Notes: generated by a model not told the origin, from the letters alone. A stretch of DNA of 64,000 nt from Tubiluchus corallicola (GCA_030141605.1 JAQGDQ010000479.1:1-64000); one strand, 5' to 3'; shown: positions 27,076-40,550, counted from the first letter of the stretch. A program made the numbers and translations.

Positions 27076-27249
27076 TTAAGTTACTAGAAACATTGATTGT
27101 AAGATAACTCAACTGCGTTGTTTTCTTAGTAATCAGAACAGAAGTGTAAATAAACGTTTATATTTCAAACAACATAACTTTATTAAAACTTTTACTTTAC
27201 AAAGTTAAAATCATGCCAGATGTTTTGACAGCCTACTGCAGTCATCGTC

Positions 27250-29700
27250 AGTGGTAAATTTACAAACATACAACCAGTTTATATAGGCAGAGCCTATTAT
27301 GCACTAATTAAGTAGTTAACTGAAGCCAAATGAAAGGTAATGAATAAGCATAATTTGGCTTCTGTGTATAATATTCTGTGTATTTGTCTACATTCGTTGT
27401 CCACCCATGGTTTGGAGGTGTTAGAGGATCTTGAAGATTTCAGCATATGAAGAGCACCCCTATTGCTGTTTGCCAGGAGACAATTTTTAACACATTTAAC
27501 AATAAGAACTCCATGCAGTGTCAAGCAGATGTTTAACATTTAGAACGGTATATTATTTGCAGTTTTACTTTTGTGATTAAAGGAACAATTCTTAAATTAG
27601 TATAATTCGAAACATTTATATTTGTACTTACGCTCTATGCGGTATGGCAGTATGATATGTAATTATTTTGTTGTTGTGATTTCAGCCTGATCATTGCTGC
27701 AGTATCATAAATAAACCACTTTGATTCAGCAAAAACTTCCATGGTTATTTTGGTGTTACAGCCCTTTAAACTGTCTTTGGGTTATGAATATTTCACACCC
27801 GACTGGACGACATTAGATATAATTAGTTCGTTAATATTAGTTACAGCACTAGTAACATTATTGTCTTCACAAAGCCTAACTATTTCAGTCATTTGGCCAA
27901 TAAATTCTGGCAAACTGCAGCACAATTTTCATCCGATTTGAGAGATTTGTAAAATTGATTTAAATTCATTTGCGCTTCCTGATCCGTTGTATCAGGAAAA
28001 AATAGTTTTCATTTCCGTAGAAATTGGATAACTCTAGTGGAGGTGCCACATGCATATCGTTAAAATTTTGAAGTAAACTGTCTGAGACAATTATGTAATC
28101 AATAATTGCAAACCAAAACTGTCCATAAGTTTGCATAGTAAAAACTACGTTATGATGCTTCAAAGTAGAATGACCCAAAAATTTCGTAAAATGTCAGTTT
28201 CTCGTATTTTGTTTAAACGAACGCTAAATATATTGGACTTTTATATTCTAGCATCAAATTATAAGGAAAGTGTTAAAAAACACTAAACATTTAATTTTAT
28301 AACTCGTTACCCACTTTTCTGTCTAGAAACTAGTAGGGGTGAGCATCGAACGTTCGAATCGAATTCGAACGCTCGAATTCGATTCGAACGAGTTTTTTCA
28401 GTTCGAACTCGATTCGAATCCAAAACTACAGATTCGAATAATTCAGCACTTCAATCACATATGTTCTTTATCACTAAAACGATTGAAACATCATGCAATT
28501 AGTATAATTTAGCTGTGATTTCTGCGCACAATCTTAAAGAAATTACTAGTCGTTTTATTGCAGAACAAAATCTAGTGATATGCATGATCTTTGTGAGACT
28601 AATTTTTAATGGTGGTTCGAAAACTTGTTCGAAAATCTTTCAATCTCAATTCGAATTTGGTTCGAATTCGAAACACTGAAGTTCGGTTTGATTCGAATTC
28701 AAAAGTCACAAATTCGGTTCGATTCGAATTCGCTTTCTGGTAGAGAATGCTCACCCCTAGAAACTAGTAATGCAATTGTAAAAAACCTCCTATTTTCAAA
28801 CTCTGATTGTAGCGGCTAGAAGTTGTCATTTTGCATCGATTTTTTATGTCGTCAAGCCCAAATCTTCATCAGGAAGAGCCATCTACTGGATTTAAATATA
28901 ACTTCAACGTGCTCTTGCAAAGTCCATAGCAACCACACTTTCGTACGGTTGCTAAGTATTTTGTAGAGATGCGACAAAAAACAATGGCTAACTTTAACAA
29001 CGATTTTTTCAAGATTATGTTTTTCACTGCATAGCCTGCACCTCAACTTCAACGTAGATTATCTCAGCTTAGAAATAACATAGAGTGATGAACTTGGTAT
29101 CAAAATGATCCTCATGAAATGGAAATTCGGGATATGTGAATAACTAGAAAAGTTTAATTGCCGACTTATGGACGATTTTGCTATGTAAGCAATTGTTGAT
29201 TTACCAGGAAGATAATAGTATGTGTACCTGTTAGTTTGTTGCATGCTTCCTACTTTACCATTTAAGACCCGCAAATGTGTTTCTTGACACATTCAATAAG
29301 CTGTCTGCCTTGTGTATTGATAACTTGATTCTCATCTATTCTACCTGAAAAAACCTCAACGTTATCATTTTGGTAAAATTCTGGGTATGGTACAGTTGTG
29401 TATGACTTTGCGCCTATAAGTTCTTCATTGAAAGCAAAATCAGGTAACTCTGCTATTCTACCATTAAAATCACCCATTGGAACAGAACTATTATCCTCTT
29501 GGTTAATAAGCCTTTCACATCTCCAGTTATTGATGATGATTGTACATTTGTGTACCCTTGTAGCCCAAGCTATTGTAATAGTAACAGTTTTAACAGCTAG
29601 CTAGAACCTTACCTAGTTCATTTTTTCTTGTTCCCAAGCAAGATCCTGCTAGTAAATAACTCTATGCACAGACTAATGCATAATTAAGTGAAGTCCAAGT
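27250..29700 (-). pseudogene. Decayed non-LTR retrotransposon (AP-endonuclease region), interrupted by a hAT MITE
   Basis: Broken frames give GDFNGRI, INTQGRQLI, LRVLNGK..TY...GKSTI, IIDYIIVS and PWVDNEC, which are typical of CR1/L2-group ORF2 N-termini. Confidence 0.65.
28334..28759. mobile_element. hAT-like MITE with perfect 8-bp TSD, rich in TTCGAA motifs (other copies about 19960-20240, 23745-23950, 34919-35278)
   Basis: TIRs TAGGGGTGAGCAT / ATGCTCACCCCTA, with TSD GAAACTAG on both sides. Confidence 0.88.
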
Positions 29701-31191
29701 AAAACAACAGAAGTTTATTGAACTGATGCAGCAAACGGCTTTGCTTTACCCACATGTCATGTGGCGGTTGTAGTTAAGACGCATCGCTGTGGTACACTTA
29801 ACTTTTGACCTATAGCAACTGCGCGTGCGCACAAAGAAACTATCAATTCACCGTACAGCAAAGCGAGTACTGTATTTTGCGTCCGGCGCGTTCTCAATTA
29901 TGCCCTACGCGATTGTAAAAAACATCAGCAAAGTATTATATCAGACAAAATTGCCTATCGTCTTACGCATTGCAACTCCTACCAGTTTTGGAAAACAATA
30001 AAGAATGAAACAAATTCTAAACTTCCTCTTCCCTCTAGCGTTAATAATGAAACAGGGGAAAACGACATTTGTAATATGTGGGCGGAGCACTATCGCGTTC
30101 TTTTTCATTCGATTGATAATGGAAATTTGGAGGCGCAACTGCACTGGGCCCTCTCTCTGCTGTGAATAATATTCTAAATTTTAAAATAATGTGTTTGCGA
30201 TATTCAAAATTAATACGTTTTCATAAGGCTTATAAAGGTGGAGGTTAATGGTACTGGAAAGAGTCGCGTACTGGAAAGTTTCACTGATCTACACCAAACG
30301 ACAGGACAGATACTCGATCAAGGCACTGTCCAGTAACCACTAGGGATTGGTTGATTCACTTCCTTGTATTAAAGGGTGTAGCTAAGATGTAACTGCATGT
30401 AGTACAACATTGACTAGGGTGTGTATATACAGTATTAGGCATTCATTCAGTTACAACGATACGTAAGCAAAGGTTGTACAGTATATTGCGCTCGCTTTTG
30501 TAGCAAAATCCGCTACAAGCCCGTGTACGAAGCTAGTCAGAATAATGACTGTGTCATATAATTCCAAAACACTATTTTGAATTAATCGGTCCAATTCATC
30601 TGGTAAGCCATATTAAGTATTGATTTAACTCAATTAGCCAGAACAGTTTTTCAATACCTAAATACGAACGTATCCTAAATTGAACACACAGCTTTACCGT
30701 TGGCAGTTACCGTCACGCCAAAATGTGAACACACCCTTATGTACATAAATTTCTTTTTCATAAGAACACGCGATATATGTACATTAAGTGTGAAATGATC
30801 ACGTACAACTAATTAACAGTTTATGTATAAACTGCATTCTTTACGACGTGTCATTACGTCCACTTAAGCAGAAAATCAAAGTGTTTAATACTTTAATGCT
30901 CGTAAAATGCAGTAATTCCTGTTTTAATAGCCCCTGGACATTTTAGCGTGGCAACCCTGCCTCGCATATGTTGTAAAAATGTTTAAATTTAAATGGCAAT
31001 AATTTAGTTACTTACTAGTGGTTTAGGTTAGCAATGAAGGTTTGCCGTCAGGGGCGTGAATGTCTGTTTTGACATCACGTTTTCACAATAATTCATCGAG
31101 TTGAAGATGACTGTGTTTGGCCGTGAACTAGCCACGTTTATAAAGGTCTTGGACTAAGAAAATTACCATAAAAATTCTATTTAAAGCTTAA

Positions 31192-32120
31192 AGGAAAACC
31201 GGATGATTGTGTAAACATTAGTTCAGAATAAAGAATGCTCTAAAATATTAAAAACTACAATAGCTTTTTTAAACCAAAGCTTAGATTAAATAATAATTAC
31301 CTCGGATACTCAAATTTCGTTAAACATTCAAAGCTACGCGCGGCTCAGTGAATCTGCTAAGATTAGCAGCGGTGCCTTTTTGTCACATTCGCGTGGCCGA
31401 CAAATAGAAGGCGGTACCGCGATAAGCATGATCATGAACTGCGGTGTTAGTTTCTGACGTCATATGATGTAGAGCCCATTTTTCGTGATAGCATGCGCTT
31501 AAGCAGTGCTGTAACACCTATTCAAATGTGCTTGACGCGCAAGGGAAGACGCCTGCCATTGCACAAACTGTGGTTAGTTTCTGACGTCTGCAATAGCTGT
31601 GTTCGGTTGCCGTTAATTAACTTTCTAATTATTCAAACATTGTTAACTTTTATAGGCAAGAACATGCACATTTCGGACAGTAAATTAAAATGAGATTGAG
31701 TGTAAACGATCGTCCGGTCTTCTTTTAATGGAAACACTAAGCCTTCTGGGAAGTTAGGTTTATTATAATGTTCGCAATAAACATTAGAAGGATTTAGTAA
31801 TAAAAATGTTATAAGTGTAATTTGTGCTCTCGTTTTGAACGCCCATTTTTCCACCAATGACGTCGATCATTGATCGAACAAAAGCAGCATACTTTCAGTT
31901 TACGTCAAAAGTATAAAAAGTTCTTACAAAAAATTCAATAGCTAATTTTGAAATCTTTTAACATGAACACTAGGTAAGAGGCAGAAGTTTAAATTAGTTT
32001 AATTAGTGCGCTTTTACAAAAAACCACGGTGCACTTACGAAAAGTCACGAAGTCCACCAGTTACGTCATAATTTTTAAGTGGATAGCGGCTACCACCTGG
32101 GCGCTGAAAATTTCTTTACA
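31192..32120. mobile_element. Family D copy plus adjacent repeat also seen at about 8075-8280
   Basis: Starts TTAA|AGGAAAACCGG. Long match to 26319-27075, and the distal part matches 8160-8280/8750-8790. Confidence 0.68.
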
Positions 32121-32352
32121 GCGGTACGGTAGTATAAATTAAATTTATACATTTATGGATAAAAACTAAATTTAAGTAATAACATGTTAAATGACTAATC
32201 TTTTCCTTTAATTACAGGTTTGTGTAGAACCGAATCTCGTCTCACCAAATTCAACCACGAATTTGGTTACTTTAAACTGTTTCTTGTAAAGCGTATAATT
32301 ACAAAGTGTTATGACAGACATTGGCTAACAAATTTTGGAATTAGAAACTTAA

Positions 32353-32956
32353 AGCAAAACCGGTTCCAATCTTAAACTGTAAATCAAACAATCAACTCCT
32401 TAAAATGTTGAAAGGAAACTATTTTTTTTCAGAAATGACTTACGTGAAAGAATTATTGCCACACAAACACGATTTCGCGTTCGCGCCACTAGTTCTTCGC
32501 TGTTGCATGCCTTTCGCCATTCGCTAGTTATACGGACACTAGCGCGTGCGTTTCGTAAACGCATTATACAAAAACAGTTGCTGTACTTAATTCAGATGTG
32601 TTAGTTTCTGACACAGTACACACATTCGACAGCTCACGCGTGAGCACAGCGATAAATTTGAAATTTGAATTTCTATCTTAAAATTTGCCTAGTTTTAGTA
32701 TAATACACTGAACCTCTTACAGTAGCACTGTACTTCAATTCACGCTTTTACAAACACGTGCAACACGTTCGTGGAATATTATTCCTGTTGAAAATTATGT
32801 TAGTTTGTGAGGTCATCAATGGCTGGGCTCGCCCGATGTTAATTAAGTTTTTAATCTATTATTTAGTTATCAGAAACGCTTATGCAGTATTAATTATGTA
32901 TATTTTTTATCGGACTTGAAAATGGGGTAGTATATGAAAAATCATCCCCTCTTCCT
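32353..32956. mobile_element. Family B copy (inverted)
   Basis: Starts TTAA|AGCAAAACCGG, with internal match to the other copies. Confidence 0.72.
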
Positions 32957-34918
32957 TTGAGAAAAATCCGGTGTTTCCACTACGCACTATCAAAATCTAA
33001 TAAAATCTATTATATAGTAAGATTGTAGATTTGAGCGACTGGCATAGTTAAACTCAAGCAGTTTTTGCCGATCCCAGATCTGAATTCAAATGTAGGCTGT
33101 TGTTGTCATCATCGGTGGTAAATTTACAAACATACAACCAGTTTACACAGGCAGAGCCCACTATGCACAAATTATGTATTTACAATAGTCAAATAGGTAA
33201 TAATTAAACAGACCAGTAAAGAAATTGATACAGTAACCTATGCACAAATTATGTATTTACAATAGTCAAATAGGTAATAATTAAACAGACCCAAGGAAAG
33301 GAAATGTGTTTATTTTTTTGTTTTTTATTTATTTTTATTGTATTTTATGAATTAAAATGTATTTTATTGTTCAACACAGAGCTACTGGTTCTCAAATACC
33401 ATGTGGCTCTGAGATAGTCTTGTGGAAATTGCGCGTATCCTCGACAACCCAAATATCCGGTCACTTGTAAATAATTCATTCATGATCGTAAGCCCGCCTA
33501 CTAGATGTCGCATCGTGACGCAGTGTGGTGTGAACGCCTTTGCACGGATGACAAGAGTCACGCCGATGGATATTGGCCAATGTCGATGACGTCATAAGGT
33601 CTCATACGTCTGCACGAAAATAATTTCGTTATTTCGCGCATATAATCTAAGTTGCTCATATCTCAAATAACTCACAAGTGATACAACTGATAAATAGCGG
33701 ATTGGTGCTCCCGTTAAACCTGTTAATAACGAGGTTAAGGAAGACGCCGTAATAAAAACGTCTGATTGTAAAATTTAGCAAAAGCGCTGGTAGTGAGTTG
33801 CGTCTATGGTCAAAGACCATAGCCAAGGTTTACGCCTGGAGGAATAGATAAATTAGTTAACGCTACAAATGACATTGAGAATCGATGCAGGATTGTTATA
33901 CGACTTGTGAGAAACAGTTACTTTGTGGAAAGAGCTGACTGGTACCTTGGTTTTGTTTGTGGAAAAAATCGGTGGATTAAGAAAGATTTACAAGCGGATT
34001 AACGGATTAAAGGCTCAGCATAAAAGGTAAGAAATTTCTGCTTTGTTTAGAGAACTTGTTAAAAATTAAATCGCGCATGGAAAAGTGTCAAAGTAGTAAA
34101 GCAACTTTATTTGTGTTGCTACATTATTATATTCAAGAGTGTATTTGCGGAATCCAGGTAATAAAGTTACAGGTAAAAAAGTCAAAGGTAAAAACTCACA
34201 GAAAGAAGGTGACAGGAAAAAGGACACAGGAAAAAATAAATAACCCTAACTCTAACCCGAGATGCAATCGATCAATCTACAATTTACACGTAGAATTCTA
34301 ATAGTTCTGACACACCACAAGCTGTTACTGGACCAACTTTCATATAAGCACTCCAGAGAAAATAAGCATAGCTTTTACATAATTAATAGGTAAAAGGTAG
34401 TACACCACAAGCAGTTGTACTGATTGCTTATAATCGTTATGCAAAAGAAAATGTATATATGTAATTAAAAAGTATACAATAGTGCTACTAATACACGACA
34501 AGCAATAGTAAACCGCGTGTCACATATAAATGACCGTTGTAGAGAATACTAAACTACCAATCAGTTTAGAGGGTCATGATTTCTTAATATCCCCTTTGGG
34601 ATAGCAAGTTTTGGAAAACGTGTTTTGTCAAATATAAGATAATGTTCTGTCAGAATTAACAGGTTAGTGAATAAACAGCAATTATTTTTATTTATGGTCA
34701 GAAAAAACCCATCATTAATTAGTTCTTCATGTTCTGAAAAGCTAAACCCACAAGCTTAACTAACGGCTACACTAAAATATCATTGCTTTGTTGTCACGTT
34801 ATAATAAACCGATACGAATGCACATTGTTGTATAGTTGTTAAATTGGGTTTTGCTTTGCTTTGGTATACATGCTGTATCAACCTTTTCGTTTCGCGCATG
34901 TTTGACGTCAGTTTTTAA

Positions 34919-35278
34919 TAGGGATGAGCATCGAACGTTTTCGAATTCAATTCGAAAGAGTTTTTTAGTTCTAATTTTGGTTCGAAGCTAAAATTACGGA
35001 TTCGAATAATTCAGCACTTCAGCTACATACGTTCTTTATCATTAAAACGTTTCAAAACGTCATGCAATTAGGACAATTTAGCTACAATTTCTATGCAAGC
35101 AAATTATTAGTGCTGTATGCATGGTCAATGCGAGACTTCTTTTTATTAATAACTGGAAAATTTGTTTGAAAACTGAATTCAAATTCGAAAATGCGGAAAT
35201 TTGGTGCAATTCGAGTTCGCAAGTGTCATAAATTCGATTCGATTCGAATCCGTTTTCTGATAGAGAATGTTCACCCTT
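34919..35278. mobile_element. Copy of the TTCGAA-rich hAT-like MITE
   Basis: TAGGGATGAGCATCGAACG...GAATGTTCACCCT, internal match to 28334-28759. Confidence 0.75.
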
Positions 35279-36564
35279 TGATTTTAACTTACCCGGGGAA
35301 AAGCGTTGTGGGTGAGTTGCATCTATGGTCAAATACCATAGATGTAAAATTTTGAAGCGAAAAACTTTATTAGTTAGTAATTATTCTAGCGTCTTTGAAC
35401 CCTTGGAAATACTGAATTGTTTAGTGAGCTATAAGGATTGAATTAAAATGTCATGATTGCTCGAACAGACTGGTCTAGTGATTATGACATTTGCCTTGTA
35501 AACGAAAGAGCCCTGGTTCAAACCAAGCTTGTCTCTCGGGTCTTTCGTATTTCCTTTCTTCCAGAGAAGATCAGTTTCAAAATTATAACTGTGGTCTCAT
35601 TCGGTCATAGATTTATCGGATAAAGGTTGTACTTATTATCAATATTGTGACTAATGCTGATAGTACAAACAACCTGTTCTAAACTGTCATGTACTTAATC
35701 ACTCTAGATATTAACTTATCTGGGGGAAAGCGCTGGTAGTGAGTTGTGTCTATGGTCAAATACCATAGATGTAATTTTTTCGATTTAATCGTACTGATTA
35801 TTTCGAGTTGCTGAGTTAAAAAAAATGAAAAAAATTAATGTGTGTTCAAAGAAGAAAATTTTAGCCCAGTGGCTGCATATATTGTGAGTGTTTGGCTGCA
35901 ACTGTTCAGCAGTGCTGAGTGTGGTCGGTAATTAAATGGGTAGCGGCGAAGAAAGCGGCGAAAGTTCACCAATAAATGACGTGAATCTTGAGCTTGCGTG
36001 CAAAATGCGACTGCCAAACATTTCGAACAAATTAGAGGGCAATGAGCCAAGGCTAGTCGGTGTTTGACACCTATAAGTACTGCTTTAACAACCAGAATTA
36101 ATCACACTGTGGACTTAGAGGACACAAAACAGTTAAAAACCAGTAATGGTGAGGTCAAATGTCAAACCGTGTCTTCCACATGGTCAACCCCAGAAAATGG
36201 GTGAGGCACTTACGAGAAAACTGCAAGTGAAGCATTAAAGGGGTTGAATTTTGAGTGGTGAAGGTATATGCTTAGCTTAGCTATCTCAGTTAAGCAATGT
36301 TGAATATGGATGCGTCAGTAAATGGATGCGTGATCACTGATGCTGGACAGTCTCACACGGCAACCTTTTCCCGGATTATTTACCCAAAATTCAGTCGAGT
36401 ACATTAAGAACTATACCAGAAAGGCTACAGTGCTTCATCGGGTTTCTGGGTTTAACTGGAACCTCTGCATTGCATCTTTACAGCTGGTAGTAACAACTTA
36501 CAGCTACAGTGTATAACTTATCATCTTTTGATGTATTATACCTGTTTTTTCTTATTACATATGT

Positions 36565-36770
36565 CCTGGGTTGTGTGGCCGAGTGGTTTAGGTTTTGGAC
36601 TGCAACCTCGCAGTCTTGAGTTCAAGACTAGCGCCTGCCTACGCCAGGATATGTACTCTACATGTTATTTGTTATTTATGGGTTGTGTCCTTACGTGTAT
36701 TGTTGTAAACGTAAGTCGCTAAATAGCCATTAGTGCTAATGTTACCTGTTAAACGAGCAACGGTAAATAC
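36565..36770 (+). mobile_element. tRNA-derived SINE or tRNA-like pseudogene
   Basis: A box TGGCCGAGTGG and B-box-like GAGTTCAAGAC at tRNA spacing, but the cloverleaf stems are imperfect. A similar degenerate head lies at about 35465-35530. Confidence 0.45.
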
Positions 36771-36793
36771 ACACTGTATATATATATATATAT

Positions 36794-37215
36794 CGTTGAC
36801 ATCCTTCTGTCTCGGAAGACAATGGAGTGTGCGCCAAGAGAGTCAGTTATTGATCACATTGATGAAGCTGCAGCGTCGACTGTGGCTGAGCAGTGCGATC
36901 CTTGAACGTCTCCAGGGCGCACGCCTGGGCAAGGTGTATGGAGTTGCCCAGACAACAGGAACCCCCTCTCTTCCTCCCTGGTGTAGTCCAGAGGAAAGCG
37001 GAACGATACGTTTGGCACCAGGTTGGCTGCCGGAGTCAGCGAGCATGCTGCACTGGTCCGCTTTCGGGGCTCCACTCCTGATTTGGAAGGTTTACTCCGT
37101 TGGGTCACTTGACCTCTTCCGTCCTCTAGCCGATGGCTGCTTGTGCAGTTCCTCCGCCCAGTGTCGAGATACAGTGTAGGCATCCCCCGCAAGCTTACAG
37201 CACCTGGTATTCCTA
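36794..37215 (-). mobile_element. Second copy of the RTE-related SINE-like element
   Basis: Reverse-complement match to 21030-21430, flanked by (TA)n tracts. Confidence 0.65.
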
Positions 37216-37306
37216 GAAATATATATATGTATATTTCCAGAATATATATTGCTTTACATACACCTAGAAATTCAATCGTCTAAAAAAATTTCCATGTTTT
37301 TTTCAG

Positions 37307-37966
37307 ATGAAGCCGCCTGGCATACTTTATTGTCTTGTTTCAATTTTGTTCGTATTTATTTCCTCCACTGAATCGGTGCGGTACTACGTTAGAGGAGGTT
37401 ACAGCATCAGCGTCGGTCGCAGAAGTGCCAAACCGGGACAAAAGCGCGTCAAAGACTCGGAGATCCTAGCAAACTCCAACTTCTTCATCGTGCCCGGTTA
37501 CGCACTATATGAGCCCTACAGGAGTCATCCAGCTATTGCAGGGATCATTCCTAGGGAGATCTTGGAGAGATTTGCAAGTGGTGAAACCGGAGTGATAACC
37601 GTAGATGATGATCGTCCATCGACAAGATCAACTACGAAGGCAACATTGCCACCGTTACCGACTTTTACTCCTCGACCAACAAGAACAACTACGAAAGCAA
37701 CATTACCACCACTACCAACTTTCACTCCCCGACCAACAAGACCGACAGTTAGTACACGATTCCCTACCTTGCCAACGAGAAGACCCATAGTGCCAACTAG
37801 CCAGCCATTCGTTCCTCCTATCCCTACAGCTTCCAACAAAATTCCACCCCCACCTGGACCAGAAAACCGAGTTCCGTCATCGGGTGCGTCGTCAGGCGTT
37901 CCACCCCCTCCAAGTTCAGCACAACGTTTACCCCCACTACCAAGAGGACAGAATAATGTAGCGTAG
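37307..37966 (+). CDS. Secreted 219-aa precursor: signal peptide, candidate amidated peptide VRYYVRGGYSISV-G-RR, second dibasic KR site, Pro/Thr-rich tail
   Basis: Long, GC-richer non-repeat ORF. A polypyrimidine/CAG acceptor (tttttttcag) sits immediately before the ATG. Hydrophobic N-terminus, GRR motif, and a duplicated TTKATLPPLPTFTPRPTR with synonymous-site differences between the copies. Confidence 0.75.
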   Translation: MKPPGILYCLVSILFVFISSTESVRYYVRGGYSISVGRRSAKPGQKRVKDSEILANSNFFIVPGYALYEPYRSHPAIAGIIPREILERFASGETGVITVDDDRPSTRSTTKATLPPLPTFTPRPTRTTTKATLPPLPTFTPRPTRPTVSTRFPTLPTRRPIVPTSQPFVPPIPTASNKIPPPPGPENRVPSSGASSGVPPPPSSAQRLPPLPRGQNNVA

Positions 37967-38707
37967 CCAAGTAATGGTCGCGTTCAGAAGATGAAGGCAT
38001 TTAAGTGAGTGGCAGAACGGACTGGAAGTGAACTGGCTACATTAACGACTTTCTGTAAAAATGAAACATTTGTCATGCAGAATTTGAAGTGATACTAAAC
38101 GTTGGTCAAATGTTAAAAACTGATACATTTCAAGCCTTTTAATTTGTGGAGACCCAAAGCTTGTAGCACAATGGAAGCAGTGATTAAACATCGAAACAGC
38201 GATGTTAAAATATCACTTCGAAACAGCAAAGGGTCGGCTCTAGGCAGTTTGACGTCCTAACAAAAAGTATTTTTAGTGCCGCCTCATTAACTGGTAACCT
38301 CTTCCTCCATGGTCCCCCACTCCTCCTTTGCTCTATATATTAAAATAGAATAATGATCCTATGTATTAGAGCTGTACATATATTATAATGTATTAATTAA
38401 GTGTAGTAAATTACCTATCTACAGCTTGTGTTGATTGAATTTGAAACTGAATTCATGACCCCCTTGTCCTAGAAGCCATTGTCCCATTGTTCTAGACCAC
38501 ATTGTTACCCTAGGTCTTCAGGAGAAATCAAATTTTCTGCAATTTCTGTTACATACTTTTGGCTAGATATTCAATCAGCCTTTTTGTTCAAAATTTTTTT
38601 GAAACGACTAGTTTCGTTATCCTCTCAAGCATACCTCTGATCTGCTTGAAATTACAAGAATATGCGTTGGTTTTTCGTACATTCTGCCGTTTTCTTAGAA
38701 GATTTAA

Positions 38708-39272
38708 AGCAAAAGCAGGCCAAATTTTAAATTAGATCAAAACAATCTACTCCTTAAAATATTGAAAGATATTTCAAAATCTATTTTTTTCAAAATTAAC
38801 TAACGATAGTTTTATTACCTCATAAACACAATTTCACGTTCCCGCCACTAGTTCTTTGCTGTTACATGCAATTCGCCATTCGCTAGTTAGACGGGCACTA
38901 GCGTTTGCATTTCGGAAAGCGTTTGCACAAAAAACAGGCGCTGTACCTCACAGTTCAAATGTGTTAGTGCATGACAAACAACACACATTCGACAGCTCTT
39001 GCGTGAGTACAGCGGTAAATTTGAAATTTGAATTTTTATATGAATTTGAATACGCTTTCGCAAACACGTGCAACACGCTCGTGGAACATTTTTGCCGTTG
39101 AAATTATGTTAGTTTGTGATGTCGTCAATAGTTAGGCTCGCCCGCCGTTAATTAAGTTCTTAATCTATTATTTAATTATCTGAACCGCTTTTGCAGCATT
39201 AATTGTGTTAAAATGTATCTTTTTATCGAACTTGAAAATGGGGTAGTATGTGAAACATCAGCCTGTCTTCCA
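38708..39272. mobile_element. Family B copy (inverted)
   Basis: Starts TTAA|AGCAAAAGCAGG, internal match, TTAA at the far end. Confidence 0.72.
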
Positions 39273-39289
39273 TTAAGTGTCAGTATTAA

Positions 39290-39745
39290 ACCTTTCAGTC
39301 CCAAATTATTTTTTTAATAAGAAAAAAAATTTGGCTTGGTACTTTTGTTTAGTATGTCCATCTTGTTTACACATAAAAAATTTTTTCTACCTGTGCCTGC
39401 GTGCTAAATATAGCCTGAATCCCACGGGATACATTGGGATTCAATGGAAGCAAAAAATGTGCTTCATTTTGGAACTACTGATAATTTTTTAAAGTATTTA
39501 AGACATTTAGTATGCATGTTGTGCTGATCTGTACAAAGTCGTCTCTAAAGTACTGTACCTTGAGCAGTTTTTTATGCTATGTAGATTTTCTGGTTTGCCA
39601 TTTTATCACCATTTTTAGTCTATTGTTATTGGCTTAAATCAAAATAACTATTAACAGATTAAATAACTGTCAGTTTTAAAATTTTATTAATTTTAAAAGC
39701 AGAAAATATTCTCGTATCCCACGGGATACAACGGGTATGAAAGGG
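39290..39745. mobile_element. piggyBac-like MITE, inverted copy of 15297-15736
   Basis: CCTTTCAGTCCC...TATGAAAGGG|TTAA, with high similarity to the first copy. Confidence 0.8.
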
Positions 39746-40550
39746 TTAATAAACCACGGGAGGCGTACGCATCATTCAATTTTATTATCTTTTCCAGTGC
39801 TATAGCCATATTTCGCATAGCCAGCTTTTATGACAAGTCTTTTGTCAGACTTTGAGAGAGAAACTACTCCAATTTAACCAGCTAGCAACTTTTATCGCAT
39901 AAATCACACGATAATAAATTAAGTAACCTTGAGAAGGAATTATTTTCGCTACGTCTCGTTAAACAAACTGTCGTTTACATGCGTTTGTTCGGTTGGGGTC
40001 TGTTTGTCGTGGTAATGTACCCACTTTTAGCAATTTTATTATGTCCGATTCAGTTCCGTGCAGGAAAAATTACTACCCTTGTTCACAAGTTCAACATTCG
40101 CACAGCCCAGAAATTTAAAGCCATGTACGAATATTTTTACACATAGTTAACACAGTATAATTTATGCTTATATATATGTATAATATATAACGTATCATGC
40201 ATATAATGTATAATAGCTTACCAATTTTAAATCGTGATTACTAAGTAACAGTTTTTCTTTACCGTAAACAATCTATCACAGCCTATAATTTCATTATTAA
40301 AGCAACCCTGTATTTTAAAATGTATGTGTATTTGTGTCATAGTATTATTTATGCTTGTAGTAATTTGACAAATCTTATTTATGTATAGTAAATAACACCT
40401 TTTTTGTTGTTTACCAGCTATAACAACCTACAATTTTGTATAATTTTAGCATTGACACTTCAGCTGTTTGTTACTATAAGCGTTTTGTCCTTGTGCTCTT
40501 GTATCTTTACAGTCGGCAGATGTTCAGTTTTGATTGTGATGTGTACATTA

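Noticed and set aside
35460-36645. Functional tRNA genes (A/B boxes at about 35470, 36575 and 14397)
   Set aside because: Acceptor and T stems do not pair well. More likely SINE heads or relics; tRNAscan-SE would decide.
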